NCBI GenBank assembly: GCA_028534125.1
Contig: CM052817.1
Location: 7,256,001-7,320,000 of the forward strand
DNA length: 64,000 nt
Reading direction: 5' to 3'
Source of the DNA: Lama glama
Lineage: Eukaryota
The notes below the pieces were generated by a model that was given only the letters and a program-made list of their open reading frames with translations, made no database searches and was not told where the DNA came from. The translations under genes were made by a program, and so were the position numbers. How positions within the stretch are numbered: the first letter of the stretch is position 1; each line of letters begins with the position of its first letter. Shown here in pieces: positions 50,300 to 63,094 of the stretch.

Positions 50300-50660
50300 A
50301 TTTCATAAAGAAGCTCATGTTTATTTGGAGAAACCAGCATGCAGAGAAGCCAGTAAGTTACACACCACGGGCACTGGCTGCAGTGGAGTTTCAGGGACAG
50401 CATGAGGCAAACACAAGTGAGCAGGCAGTGGAATCTCTGTGAAGGACCTGCAAAGGCACTGAAGGGCACTGAGTCCATTTGTAAAGGCTGAGATGACTGA
50501 GGATATCTTGGAGGACGGGAGAGAAAGGAAGTGAAGAACAGGGGTGGGGAGGTAGGTGGGAACTGGCAAAAGTGGAGAATCTTGTGTGTAGATGAATGCC
50601 AGGGAAGAGAAGAAGCAGGAGAGCCCTGTGGCTGCCCCGTTAAGGTGAGGGGAAGAGATT
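50300..50660 (-). mobile_element. L2 LINE fragment
   Basis: gaagctcatgtttatttggagaaaccagcatg…ggctgagatgactgaggatatcttggaggacgggagag…ccagagccacagatccaaagc. Confidence 0.45.
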
Positions 50661-50929
50661 CATACCAGAGCCACAGATCCAAAGCTTATGCTAAAACTTG
50701 GATACGTACAGATAGACGTCTTGTTAAAGCCCAGTTCTGATAACATTTCACTCTGGCTTTAAAATTTGTATCAGCTCTTCCATATGTCCTGGATAAGACC
50801 CAGCTTCTGAGGACTGATAGTTCTTAGGATCCTCCATTTCCTGTCACTGTACAAGATTCTAATCAAAAACATTTCTCTTTATCCTGTGTATTTCCATTCT
50901 TCCTCCCAATCACCTTCCTCTAACATTTT

Positions 50930-51200
50930 CGTCATAGCTTTTATACAAGTGATGCTTGTCTCTCCTTCATTGCCCACAAGACTCAACCCAGTTGCTCTTT
51001 ACCATATATTTCAAATGTCACTTCATTTATAAGTCCTTTCTACCAGATATGGGTGTTTTCCCTTCCTCTGAGCTCCTCCAAAGGTAGCTGTACCTCATGT
51101 GTGTGTGCTTGTGTATACGTGTTTAGACTTAATTTTCCCACTAAACTCTTCACTTCTCAAAAGGAAGGATTCATGTAAGTCTTAACTCTGCATCCACTGT
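50930..51200 (+). mobile_element. L2 3' fragment
   Basis: tcaaatgtcacttcatttataagtcctttct…ccttcctctgagctcc…ttccccactaaact…tcttaactctgcatcc. Confidence 0.55.
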
Positions 51201-51449
51201 AGCAGCTCACGAGCAGATTGTCCAAGTCCTGTGACTCCTGGAAGATGATTTGTCTTCCCCTAAGCAATAGAGTTGAGGCTTTAAATGCAATTCATTAGGG
51301 AGAGGCACCATTTTGAATTCAGTGCATGGGAAGGAAAGCACGATGTCTTCACTTTTTTTCTAGAAACAGATAAAAGAAGGAGAGATGGCAATGCATTTGT
51401 GTCTTATGAGATTAACCCAACTGTGTTATGAACAGCAATTGTGATATCA

Positions 51450-51675
51450 ACAGCTAACATTAACATACTCCTTTCTCACTCTTAGGACCTACATAGTGTC
51501 ATGCACTACCTCATATGGAGTCCCACAGTGACCTAGATATACAAGAGTTTTATTATAATTTCCAAATATAGAAATAGTATCTCAAATGTGCCAAATGGTT
51601 TGTCCAGAGATAGAATCATTCTTCGTCAGGACTCTAACCTAAATCCTCTGACTTCAATATACTAAGACAAACTGC
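51450..51675 (-). mobile_element. MIR SINE
   Basis: acagctaacatt…cccacagtgacctagat…tgtccagagatag…aggactctaacctaaatcctctgacttcaa. Confidence 0.5.
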
Positions 51676-51839
51676 CTCTCCACAAAAGACAAATAAAATT
51701 ACTTAACCAAAGCATTTCAGGTTATTTTTCCTTTTATACTGGATGCAAAAACAACTAGTTAAGGTCAAATTTGTATATCTTTTTTCCAATTTTTAAAGAG
51801 GAATCTTTCATTCAGAAGGTTAAAAGTCTTGATAATAAT

Positions 51840-52050
51840 AACTTACTTTTAAGGAGCTATTTTATATTGTGCATCATTTCCTAATCATTGCTCCTAGATG
51901 ATAATAATCTTCATTTTATGGATAAAAGGACTAAGGTGCAGGGAAGCCAAGTAACTTGTCCATAGCTTCAAAGCTAATAGATACCAGATCTGCAACTCCA
52001 GTCAAGTTTTCTGACTCTAATCTTATACTAATTCCAAAACATTCCACTGC
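51840..52050 (-). mobile_element. MIR SINE
   Basis: cattttatggataaaaggactaaggtgcagggaagccaagtaacttgtccatagcttcaaagctaatag…tctgactctaa. Confidence 0.65.
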
Positions 52051-53176
52051 CTGAAAGGAGATAAAGAATGCATAGAAAAAGAACAAGAGAAAAAGAAATG
52101 AGAAAGGTGTGTAGATGCTACTAATTACAAACATCAACTTCTTCTCAATTTTCTAAGATCTGAAGATTCTCAGTGAGCAAATTCTTTCCTGGAAGTAACA
52201 TATGTACTGAGAGAGACTTTCAAGATTTTTAGGACACAGGGGGACTATTTAGAACAATACGCAGTAGACAGAACATTTATGATTTCCCCATCAGGAACAA
52301 AAACGATTCTTTAGAAAACACCAACTGAAACATTGATGTCAACATCAAACTTCTAGAAATTCTCCCCTGAGTAGATTCTTGTATTATTTCTATTGCATTC
52401 TTCTCACTGGGACATCTAGAGTTATTCACAAATTCATTACCTTTCAATAACAAATGATACCACCATACAAATACTTTAGAGAAGGTCTTTCAGGATCATG
52501 TCATTCCTTTAGGGGGTGTATGGGGAAACCCTCTGTCTACTTGATTTACAAAATGCAGATGGTTAGTCATACTTGAATTGTTATCGATGCCTTCTGACAT
52601 CTTTCTCAGCACCCTTAAAGAGAGTGGCATAATTCTTTAAGACATAATATTACGTTTAGGAATTGCTCTAAAAGATCATCAATCTTTTGTGCATGACTCT
52701 TAGCACTCAGCTAGTGTTAAATAAACCATGACTGGAAATGAAATTCAAAATACTTTGAGTGACTTCTGCAAAATACTCTCCATTTGCCAGTTATGTCTTT
52801 ATCAGTTATTCATTATTCTTGGCTAAAAATACAGCTATGACAAATAGTGTATCTCAGAGGAAGTTTCATGATTTTCCAAAGAAATACGATCAATATGTTT
52901 CAGCCCCGCCATCGTTTATTTTTTGCTCTTGGTGAAAATAATATTGTGAGTGATGATGATGGCAACTTTATTTGCAGTCACTGATGAATTTGGCTTTTAG
53001 GAATATAAATATAACTAAAAGAAATATCAAAACAAAATGACATGGTTATCAAAAAGATGTCTGCTAAACACAGCATGGACTTTCACCAAGAGGAAATGAA
53101 ATCAGTGAAGAAGTCTCTCCTTTTTATATAATTTGGAATAAAGAAAATAAATTCAAAATTCAAGAAGAGACACCCC

Positions 53177-53676
53177 NNNNNNNNNNNNNNNNNNNNNNNN
53201 NNNNNNNNNNNNNNNNNNNNNNNNNNNNNNNNNNNNNNNNNNNNNNNNNNNNNNNNNNNNNNNNNNNNNNNNNNNNNNNNNNNNNNNNNNNNNNNNNNNN
53301 NNNNNNNNNNNNNNNNNNNNNNNNNNNNNNNNNNNNNNNNNNNNNNNNNNNNNNNNNNNNNNNNNNNNNNNNNNNNNNNNNNNNNNNNNNNNNNNNNNNN
53401 NNNNNNNNNNNNNNNNNNNNNNNNNNNNNNNNNNNNNNNNNNNNNNNNNNNNNNNNNNNNNNNNNNNNNNNNNNNNNNNNNNNNNNNNNNNNNNNNNNNN
53501 NNNNNNNNNNNNNNNNNNNNNNNNNNNNNNNNNNNNNNNNNNNNNNNNNNNNNNNNNNNNNNNNNNNNNNNNNNNNNNNNNNNNNNNNNNNNNNNNNNNN
53601 NNNNNNNNNNNNNNNNNNNNNNNNNNNNNNNNNNNNNNNNNNNNNNNNNNNNNNNNNNNNNNNNNNNNNNNNNNNN
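53177..53676. other. Assembly gap (500 N)
   Basis: Run of exactly 500 N. Confidence 1.
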
Positions 53677-54208
53677 GATACTGCACATCTTGAAGTAAAT
53701 TGATTAACCTCTCTGACTCTCAATTTCTTAAGTATTTTTAAGCAGTGTATCAAGTATCAAATAAGAGAAAACCTAAAAAAAATTTTTTAACTATTATGAG
53801 CTTGCAAAACATAAAGAATCACTCATTATATTCCCCAGAGAAAAAGAGTTTTCAGTACTAAAAGAAGGTTAAAATTAAAATCATGTATTATTCACATATA
53901 TAAGCTATAAAACTATATAAACACAAAAGGGCGAATATAGTTTATAGAGTAAAAAGCCTGCTTATGAATTAATAGATTTATGAAATTAATTAACAACAAT
54001 ATATATGACCATGCATCACCATTATAAGCAATCTGCTGTAACTAACAACTGCAGTTTGAAGTATTCAACAACATAGTAAAATTCATCCCCACATCTTCCA
54101 ACCTGCTGTGTTTCTGTCACGCCTCCAGCAGCTTTCCTGGCATTCAAACCTGCAAGCCACTTTAAGTCGAAGATTCTTTTTCTCCCCCAGGTATGACTAT
54201 ATCAGTCT

Positions 54209-54471
54209 CTTTTTTTAATTCATCATATATATATTTATATTGATTGATTGATTGAAGTATAGTCAGTTTACATTGTGTCAATTTCTGGTGTATAGCACAA
54301 CGCTTCAATCGTATAGAACATACATATATTCATTTTCATATTCTTTTTCACCATAAGTTACTACAAGATATTGAATATAGCTTCCTGTGCTGTACAGTGT
54401 GAATTTGTTGTTTACCCATTTTATGTATATATTAGTATCTGCAGATCTCAGTCCCAGTTCCTTTATCCTTC
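54209..54471 (-). mobile_element. Camelid-type L1 3' end
   Basis: attgaagtatagtcagtttacattgtgtcaatttctggtgtatagcac…catatattcattttcatattcttttt…tacaagatattgaatatag…gtatctgcagatct. Confidence 0.92.
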
Positions 54472-55009
54472 AGAGAAGAACAAGAACTTTTCTATTAGAC
54501 TCTAAGCTTGCCAAGCTTGCAGAAGAAGGGCATGTGTCCCCAGGGTGCTGACGGGGCGAGTGGGGGGGGACGCCGCAAGTGAAAAGGTGGAAGAGAGAAT
54601 CCAGCCAAAAGTCGGGGGATGCAAAGGTGGGATGCTGGCAGACAGTCAGACGAGAGAGAAGAGGAGGTGTGCGCATCGTGGGAGAGGACGCTGGGATGGG
54701 GATGAGGTGAGACCAGACCCAGAGGACACTGAATGCTCTTCTAAGAAAACTACAGGGTCCCGCTAATAGTGGGGACATTTTGGAGCAAAGTAGGGAGACT
54801 TTTGCTTGAGGAATCTGACTCAGACCTCAGGTACAAGTTACAATGAAGCAGGAAGAGACATAAAGAGAAAGCAGGGGGGGAAAGCTGTGTAAGAAAGCGT
54901 GTTGACCTGCAGTACTTTTCTTGACAAGCACTCATTCTCCTTCCCTGTATACTTCAGCTGAGTAATATGAACCCTTCTCTCCCCATGCTAAGCTTCTTAC
55001 CTTTAGTCA

Positions 55010-55240
55010 CATGGTCTAAAAGAATAAACTTGAATTTTAGGGCCTAATAAAACCACGTGCAAACGCTAGCTCTACAAAATACTGTCTGTGCACACCCAGA
55101 ACTGTTCCTGTTTATTCTGGGCCTGTGTCTTGTCTTATAAAAAGGGAGTCATAATAGCTGCTCTGCAGGGCGCTTGTGAGGATTACAGGCGAGATGTGAA
55201 ACTTGTACGGAACTCAGTAGGCCCTCAGGAAATTCCGGTT
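55010..55240 (+). mobile_element. MIR SINE
   Basis: ctgggcctgtgtcttgtcttataaaaagggagtcataatagct…cagggcgcttgtgaggattacaggcgagatgtgaaac. Confidence 0.55.
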
Positions 55241-55889
55241 CTTATCATCTTTATTTCTTTACCTTGCTTAGTGTAGCCTTTTGCTACAAAGGTGAAAATA
55301 GGTCCATTGAAGAAACAGCGTCTGGCCCTAGAAGCCTCAGTGAGCTAAGGAGGTGGACTGCATGGTTTCCAGCAGTAGGCTAACGCAGTCATCTTTACTG
55401 CTCCATCACCTCTTTCCTGTCTTCTCAATGCGTTAATTACAGCCCTTGTGCTGATGCGAAAATGCTCCGGTAAGCGACTCTCTGGTGCTTCTCTTCCATC
55501 AGCACTGCCAGCAAAACCTTCAGGCTGCATGCCTTTATCCCAGCCAGCATCATCAGCTTGTATCGACCGTGTTTATACGTGTGGGTAATTTATTTGTGTG
55601 TCATTAACATCATACCACATATTAAATCTTATTTTCTGTTTCAATTACTTAACTTTGAAGCCAACCTGCATTTACAGGCTACTGTGAAGCATTTGCGAGC
55701 ATCATTATAATACTTACATGTATCTAATCATGTATATTCTTCATTCTAACGTTGTTCATTTGGCTCTTTGCTTACTATTCAATCTTATAGATAACACAGT
55801 GATTAAGAATATCTGGGCAGAATCATTTTATTAGGTATAGGAAGACTTCCTTAATGTAGGTTTCCTAAATGATAATGGCAATACGCAAG

Positions 55890-56090
55890 CGGCCAGCATT
55901 CATTAGGTCCGTACTGAGCACTTCACATGCATTACTCGACGGCATACACATGACAGTCCTGTGAGATTATGTTATTACTGTCATTTCTAACAGATTAGAA
56001 AATGATGTTCAGAGAGGAGCGCCTTCCTGCCAGCTAGTACATGGAAGAGCCAGAACTGGGCCCAGGTCTGCCGGAGCTCAGGGTGCACGT
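55890..56090 (-). mobile_element. MIR SINE
   Basis: ctgagcacttcacatgcattactc…acagtcctgtgag…acagattagaaaatgatgttcagagagg…cagctagtacatggaagagccagaactgggcccaggtctg. Confidence 0.7.
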
Positions 56091-56619
56091 GGAAATAGCA
56101 TCTCAAAGGTGCTGCTTTCATGCACATCAAAAGCGTGAAAATACAACGACCTTCAAAAAAATCGAAAAAAATCAAAAGCTTCTATGAAACTTACCCTTCT
56201 TGCTTTCAGAATGGTCTCAGTGGAACTCCCTCTCAGGACTCTAGCCAAGTGGAAGGGGCCTCCGAGCTTTAGTTTTTAAACTGGAAATACCTAATATTGA
56301 GGATGCAAGGCCCTGTGGCAAACCACCAGGGTGAGGGTCTCAGAGACGTGAAACTGTTGCCGCCTCCCTAGCAGTCATTAGACGTTTACATAAACCACTG
56401 TACGGGTGTCACCAGCTGGAGGAAAGTTCTGCTGAGACAATGTAAGCACTCTGGGGACAAAAACGGATTTCAAAAAATCACAAGTTAACGGATGACAGAG
56501 AAAATGAACAATGCAGCTGGCACCATTCATCCAAGTGCTGCTGACAAAGACAGTTGGTTTAATAGGAAACTAATAACATGTTCACTTGGAAATTCACTTT
56601 ATAAATGGAAGTCATATAC

Positions 56620-57720
56620 AAGTACTTACATTTGGTCAGTGCAGATACTATCTAGGGCTTAAGGAGACAAAGTCCCTGCCAACTAGAGGAAGAGACGGGA
56701 CTTGCACCTACAATGCAGCAACGGATGATTGAATAAAAGAGAGAACTGAGCATGTAGAATAATTACCCATGTGCAGTGGCTACACTCACAGCCTGACAAG
56801 GCAAAGCGCCCAAAGACGCAGGGAATGCGGGTCTTGCTTTTTTTCCCTGGCACGTAACCCGCGCCAGCTGAAGTACTGAGCAGGCGGGGACAACTCAATA
56901 CATGGATAGCAGGGGAATATGAAGATTTATTTTTAAGGAAATTATAGAAAATAAGACAGAATAGAAAGTACACACTGGGTCATTTTCCCTGTGAACAAAC
57001 TGACTAGACGAGAGTAGGAAAGCTGATATCAGAGAGAAGAGAAAGTCCACACATTTCAACAGAAGAATGAGAATATGAACATAGATGCAGGAAGGCCAGA
57101 ATCTCCCTTGTGCGAAGACAAAATCCTGCTTAAATGATCGGCTTCATGCAGTAGCAGTAGCTCTGGTCATCCGTTACCCTTGTGTGTGGGCACAGGGGAT
57201 GCTGAAATTTTTAGAGGGGAAAGAAATATGTGAAATAGTTTTCTGAGAGAGGAGAAAATATGCTTGTTTAGAAAGTCTGGTTCTTACCTAGAAAAAGATG
57301 GTTGTTACAGATTGGGACACTTAAAATAGATATCTTAGAGACTGAGCAGTCACGGATGGGACAAGATCTAGTGTACGTCTCTGGGAGTGGGAACCAGAAA
57401 ACGGGAGCAGGGAGGGACAAGGTGATTGGAGGGGGAGCATTAGGAACATGACAGTGCAGGGTACTCGATAATGTCATCACAGTAGTGGTGAAGACCCCCA
57501 GTAGTGTCAACAGGACTTAGGGGTAGCGAGGAAGACTGTGCACCAAGATCTTAAAGACATCAAGGAGAAGGGCTACTGACTGGTGAGCAGCCATAAAGGA
57601 GAAGGAAGCAACGGGTGATAAAATTGAATGACACATACTTAAAAGGAGGTTTTTGATCTATATGTAGCTAGTGGAATAAATAGTTCAGAAGTTGCAATGA
57701 GGAGCAAGCAGAAGACTTAT
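56620..57720 (-). mobile_element. L2 LINE fragments (purine-rich antisense)
   Basis: gatactatctagggcttaaggagacaaagtccctgcc…; gagaatatgaacatagatgcagg…; gtcacggatgggacaagatctag…gacaaggtgattggagg…ccaagatctt; boundaries uncertain. Confidence 0.45.
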
Positions 57721-58227
57721 CCCACTACAAAAGCTACCTAAAGCTGGTGGCAAACAAAAGAGCATTTTTCTCTGCGTCTCACAAGCTACACACCCACAAG
57801 CATGTGCTTGTGCGTGTGTATGTTCTAATATATGTTGCATATAGCTACTCTTATACACAATTAAATGCTCATATGCTCAGATAATTAAATAGATTTATAT
57901 CATTTCAATCATTCTTTTCAATACGAGGGGTTAATTTACCACATCCAGTATGGAAAAGTATACTATTTCAATATTTATAATGAATAAGTAAATTGTTTAT
58001 CCATGTTTAGTTTTATATATGTATCCATATACATGTGTGTGCATTGAATGTCTGCATTTGTTCACACACTTGTTTAATTTGCCCTGCTAATTTATGCATT
58101 TTCAAAACTATGTTTGGACAGTTCAAGAAGACGTGTTGTGACTCTACTAAAACTTTACTTTTAGAAATGGATGTGCAGTGGCCTGGAGAAGAGGGGTGGA
58201 GGGATGGTCTGGGAGACCGGGAGGCAT

Positions 58228-58780
58228 GAGACAGTACTGCTGACACCACTGCCTGCCTTTTCAACATGCCCCCTTTCCTTACTACCCAGTCCCAGTGCTT
58301 AAGTATCAGCAAGGTTTGGCTTCAGGGGAGTTTGGCTTTTTTGCCTTATCAGAGTATGAATCTTGATGGGGTTAGAACAACCCTGCTATTTCCCAGCCAT
58401 AGCCAATGACTAGGAGTCACATGACTTCAGTACGCAACAGCACCAGGGAAAGGCTGCTGAGAGCTTCACTTCTGAGAATGGTTTCCTCTCTTGGGGGAAA
58501 AAAATGAGCTATTTAAGAAGATGGGGATGGGACTATGCTGTCCCATTTTTGCTTCCAGATGTGATGACCGGAACCATGGTAGCCATATTGGGACCATGGG
58601 TGGATTCTGCCAGGGGAATAAGCAACAATATAAAAATTAAAGACAGCTAAAGAAGTGAGTTTTGGCCTCAACATGAGGTTCAAACTTAGAATAATAGCAA
58701 CCAAGAAAACAAATTTTTAATAAATTACATATCATAATTATTTTCAACTGGCTGGACTTTCTCTTCTCCCTAGCATATGT
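58228..58780 (+). mobile_element. MaLR LTR, MLT1J/K-like
   Basis: ccaatgactaggagtcacatgac…ggctgctgagagcttc…gatgtgatgaccggaaccatggtagccatattgggaccatggg. Confidence 0.6.
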
Positions 58781-60169
58781 TATCTATTAGTACCAGACAC
58801 AATCAGTTGTCCCTAATTAAGAGGTAATAAGTTTGGAAGAAAACTGATATCTTCAAGCTAGGCATTAGGTTGATGTTCGTGTTTAATCAAAACCCATCAT
58901 TCTAGGGTGAGTGGTATTCTCAAACATTTACACTAGTTGCAGCAAATAAAAACATAAACAAAAAAGAACTACCCAGAATGTCTGATGTGTGGATAATGTT
59001 TTCTACTCACGAAGCACTTGTCAAATCATTTTCTCTGACTTAGAAGCCAGTCTTCTATCTCCTCATCTAGTGCTCCTCCTACCACTGCCTCTGCCTGCGT
59101 AAATCTCACCATCTCAGGAGACACACAGATTGATGGAGCATGCAAATTTCTGTTTCCCTTCTGTTTGACTACAAACCATTTTTTTTTGCAGAAGCAGGTG
59201 GGAAGAAACTAAGTGTAAATAATAACAACACTTTCATTCTGTGAAACCATTGAGGATTGTGAATCTGTCTCCAGGAGATGATGAAGGATGAAGCAGTGAT
59301 ATAGAGCGTAGGGGCCTGGCCAAGTGTCTCACCCGTTGCCTTGTAGACAGGTAACACATCATCCCTGGATTCAGGGCAATGGCTGATGTGCCAGATCAAA
59401 TTTATATCGACAGTGGCAGCAGAGGAGAGCCGAAAAGAGAGGGAGGGAGGAAGAAAGAAAGGAAATTTTAAAGTTGAATCTTACCACATGTGAGGTAAGA
59501 TTTACATCATTTTATACATATACATACTAATATATTAATTACATGTAAAATTCTTATTAATATCTCCCCTATGGTATCTTACTTAAAAGTCCACGTCATT
59601 CTTGTTGGTCCAGAAGACTAACAGAGAGGTCCAGAGAGATATTTTTGAAGTAACGAGTGAACATGAGATGTGCAAAGTGCTTTAAAGACAATCTAAAGCA
59701 CCTCTGTCACAGATGAACATCTCAGAGATACATATACTATCACATGTCCAGAGTGACATGGATAGTCGCAAAGTCGGGGCTGGAACCACAAACCTTCATT
59801 CCGCATGCTCATGTCTGCTCGGGCTCTCCCATACTCAGGTGGGTCAGACATGTAGCAATGGCCACATGAAAACGTAACCCAGAATGAAAGAGACTTAGGA
59901 GTCTAAAGAAAAAAACCTCAATAGGTGGAATTTAAGTTATAAAGTCATAAAATGTTCGTAAAATGCTGACTTCTCATGTTGGTTTCTCGGAAGGTTTCAG
60001 GTAGCCAGAGAACCGAGGGTCTTCTCGTGTACGGGAAATGATACGAATGAGTGAACACTAGTTTGAGTGGAAGACGGCCTCTTTCCCCAATATTTGGTGC
60101 ACACCATGTTCCCCTTCCCCTTTCCTCATCTACCCTCTGAATTGTCACCTCATACAGTTAAAAAAATGT

Positions 60170-60375
60170 CCCTTGGAGTCACAAAGACTTGAATTTAAGT
60201 CTCAGTTCCTGTTCTCTTGTGAAATGTGGAAAAATGCTGTCAATTTTCTGGCCTTTAATTTCCTCCTCAAAACTGGCAATTGCACAGACCATGAGATAGC
60301 TCTGTATTAAATGTGAGCAACTATAAAGACCCTAAAACCCAAGTTCAGTTCATAGAATGTAATACATATTCAAAA
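60170..60375 (+). mobile_element. MIR SINE
   Basis: ttggagtcacaaagacttgaatttaagtctcagttc…ttctggcctttaatttcctc…tgtattaaatgtgag. Confidence 0.55.
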
Positions 60376-60564
60376 ATGTCACTTTCCCTTCCCCTCCTCC
60401 TCATTTTTATGTCATTTATTATTCTGTTCTTTGTCTTGTAGTTGTTTTCACAGACACTGTCCCACTGTCTTACATTAAAAGGTCCTTAAGGGTAGGAATC
60501 AAGTCGTGTTGATTATTGTGTCATCAGTCATTTTACGAAAAAAAACAATTTCTCTGTGTGTCTA

Positions 60565-60850
60565 GTGGCAGTTCAAGTCTGAAATCCATCAGGGAATCTT
60601 TGGGAGATGAAACGGTAGCCCAAAAGTGGGATTTCTTCTTCATCAGAGAAGCCTCAGTTTCATTCTCAAGGCTTTCCCACTGATTCAGTCAAGCACACAC
60701 AGAATGCTGAGAATAATATTTACTTAAGTTTAGTGATTATAGACTTTAATCACATCTACAACATATCTTCACAGCACACCTACGTTACTATTTGACTGAA
60801 TAATTGGGAACCATAGCCTAGGCATGTTGACACAGAAGACTGACCACCAC
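60565..60850 (-). mobile_element. ERVL LTR fragment, MLT2D-like
   Basis: caagtctgaaatccatcaggg…atttcttcttcatcagagaagcctcagttt…ttaatcacatctacaa…cttcacagcacacctac…tttgactgaataa…catagcctag…gttgacacagaagactgaccaccaca. Confidence 0.85.
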
Positions 60851-60899
60851 AACAAACTTAGTATCTTAACAGAGGATGTCTTGATCACTTAATGAGAAT

Positions 60900-61090
60900 A
60901 ATTCATTTTTGTGTTGCATTATATAATGTTCAAAGAGCTTTCAATGCATCATTTTATTGAAGGCAAGGCAAATATTGCTGAGCCCATTTACTACAGAGAA
61001 CACTGGGGCTAATGACACCTGCATCGTGCTCGAATCTGATTGTTGTTTAGTAGGGTCCGAGCCCATAACCCAGGTCCTTAAACTCTGATC
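60900..61090 (-). mobile_element. MIR SINE
   Basis: ttcaaagagctttcaatgcatc…gaaggcaaggcaaatattgctgagcccattt…gaacactggggct…aacccaggtc. Confidence 0.5.
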
Positions 61091-61194
61091 AACCAAAGGA
61101 TGCTGCCTTGCTTCATACAAAGCCGCTTGCCTCTGTGGTGGCGTTCTGTTTCTAATGCAAAAAAAGTTGTTCTAACTCTCTTCCTTACAGCCAG

Positions 61195-61380
61195 AATGGA
61201 GTCCACATCCTGAGGTAGTAGAGTTACAACAAAATACAGAAGGAGTCTGGATCAATGAGTCTTCTGGAATTTCAATGAACAAGAAATTGTATCAGCAAGA
61301 AATTAATTTATTTTGTTAAGCCACTGACTTTTGGAGGCTGGTGGTTAGCAGAGCATAACCTAGTCTGTGTTAACTAATTA
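61195..61380 (+). mobile_element. MaLR LTR 3' fragment (MLT1H-J-like)
   Basis: agaaggagtctggatc…tttgttaagccactgacttttgg…gttagcagagcataacctag…actaat. Confidence 0.65.
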
Positions 61381-61920
61381 ACTTCATTAACCACCTTAGG
61401 AAGTTGATTTGAGGATTTTATTGGATAAAAGACGTGAACTTGTTGGAAAAGGCTAAACATTATTGTGTTTTTAATCCTGCAGCTGTGTTTCAATTAAGCC
61501 ACTGGCAGTTATAACAAGCCCAGACATCATGGCTGATTTCATTCAAGCAAATATTATTTATTTTTACAAGAAGTTTTACCAGCTGAATGTATCAAATTGA
61601 TGTCTCAATTTTAATTAGGCAGAAAAGTTGAGATATCACACCAGAGAAACACAGCTGGAATGGAATTTTCAAGCAATAAACTAAGCTTTCAAACATTTTC
61701 TTTGGCCTTTCTACCCTGCTCTCCAGCCCAGGGTCAGACACATAATGACCGTCAAAGTATTTTTGTTTCTAAGACGCTAAACTATTCTTGACTCATGTTC
61801 TGAACATCATATTAAAATTAGTCATATATACCAGTGTGTCCTAAATTGAATGCAGCAGGCATGAAACAGTTAAAGATTTGTCTGGCTAAGGTAGAAAGTT
61901 GTAAAAAATAATTTTTTTCT

Positions 61921-62655
61921 GAATTTCTCTGATGATTAGCAATATTGAGCAATTTTTCATGTGCCTATTGGCTATTGTATGTCTTCATTGAATTGTTCAT
62001 TTAGATCTCCTGCTCATTTTTAGATTTGTTTTTTATTATTATTAAGTTGTATGAGAATATTTATGTATAAGAATATTTATATATTCTGGAAATTAAGCCC
62101 TTATCAGTCTCATCTTTTGCAAATATTTTCTTCAGTTCTGTAGGTTGTCTTTTTGTTTTGCTTTTGGTTTCCTTTGCTGTGCAGAAGCTTGTAAGTTCAA
62201 TTAGGTCCCATTTGTTTAGAAGTAAGCTAGAAAGAGAAAAAAAATATGATATCACTTATATGTGGACTATAAAAAAAAGACAAACAAACTTATTTACAAA
62301 ACAGAAACAGGCTCACAGACATAGAAAACAAACTTATGGTTACCAGTGGGGAAGGGGGTAGGAAGGGATAAAATGGGAGTTCAAGATTTGCAGATACAAA
62401 CTAATATATATATATAAAATATAGATAATATATATATTAAATATATAAATATTTAATTAAATTAAATATATAAAAAATAGATAAACAAGAAATTCATATT
62501 GTATAGCACAGGGAACTATATTCAATATCTTGTGGTAACTTATGATGAAAAAGAACATGAAAATGAATATATGTGTGTTCCTATGACTGGAGCATTGTGC
62601 TTTACACCAGAAATTGACACAACATTGAAAACTGACTAGACTTTAATAAAAATAG
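61921..62655 (+). mobile_element. Camelid L1 with 5' inversion: antisense ORF2 piece (~61921-62218) plus sense ORF2 end/3'UTR/polyA (~62219-62655)
   Basis: Minus strand reads [17 protein letters not shown]…[12 protein letters not shown]…[10 protein letters not shown]; plus strand gaagtaagc…tatcacttatatgtgga…acaccagaaattgacacaacattg…aataaaa. Confidence 0.9.
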
Positions 62656-63094
62656 AGAGAGAGAAAAATGGGTATTTGGCCAATGCTGCCTACATTCAAA
62701 AGGGTAATTTGAACTAGCTGAATCCCAATAATGTCCACTGGGGAGATGTGCTGTGTCTTCAGGAACTGTTCAGCTTCTCTAACTTGAAAGGACTGTATTT
62801 TTTCCACAACCACCACTACAGATAGTATTCTGTTCAGAGCCTTGCATATCAACACAATTCAAATTGCACCTGCATAACTTTGAGGAGAACAAAATTGATC
62901 AGAAGTTTCTGTTTAAAAGTGATAATTAAAATCAAAAGAAAATAGGTAAATTTATACTAGATCAGACTAGATACACTTTAAGAACTACTATGTACAGTTC
63001 TTATCAGTAAAGGATATCACCTTGGCACTTAAAATCAAAATTATTGTATTTTGTATTTCTAAATTCTTTATAAATTATTTAATAATAATAATAA

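Noticed and set aside
50260..50682. 140-aa minus-strand ORF, the longest without Ns
   Set aside because: Pro/Ser/Leu-rich low-information translation overlapping L2-like sequence; no domain recognised.
54530..54730. G-rich, CpG-containing patch as a CpG island or promoter
   Set aside because: Too short and purine-biased; no supporting promoter features.
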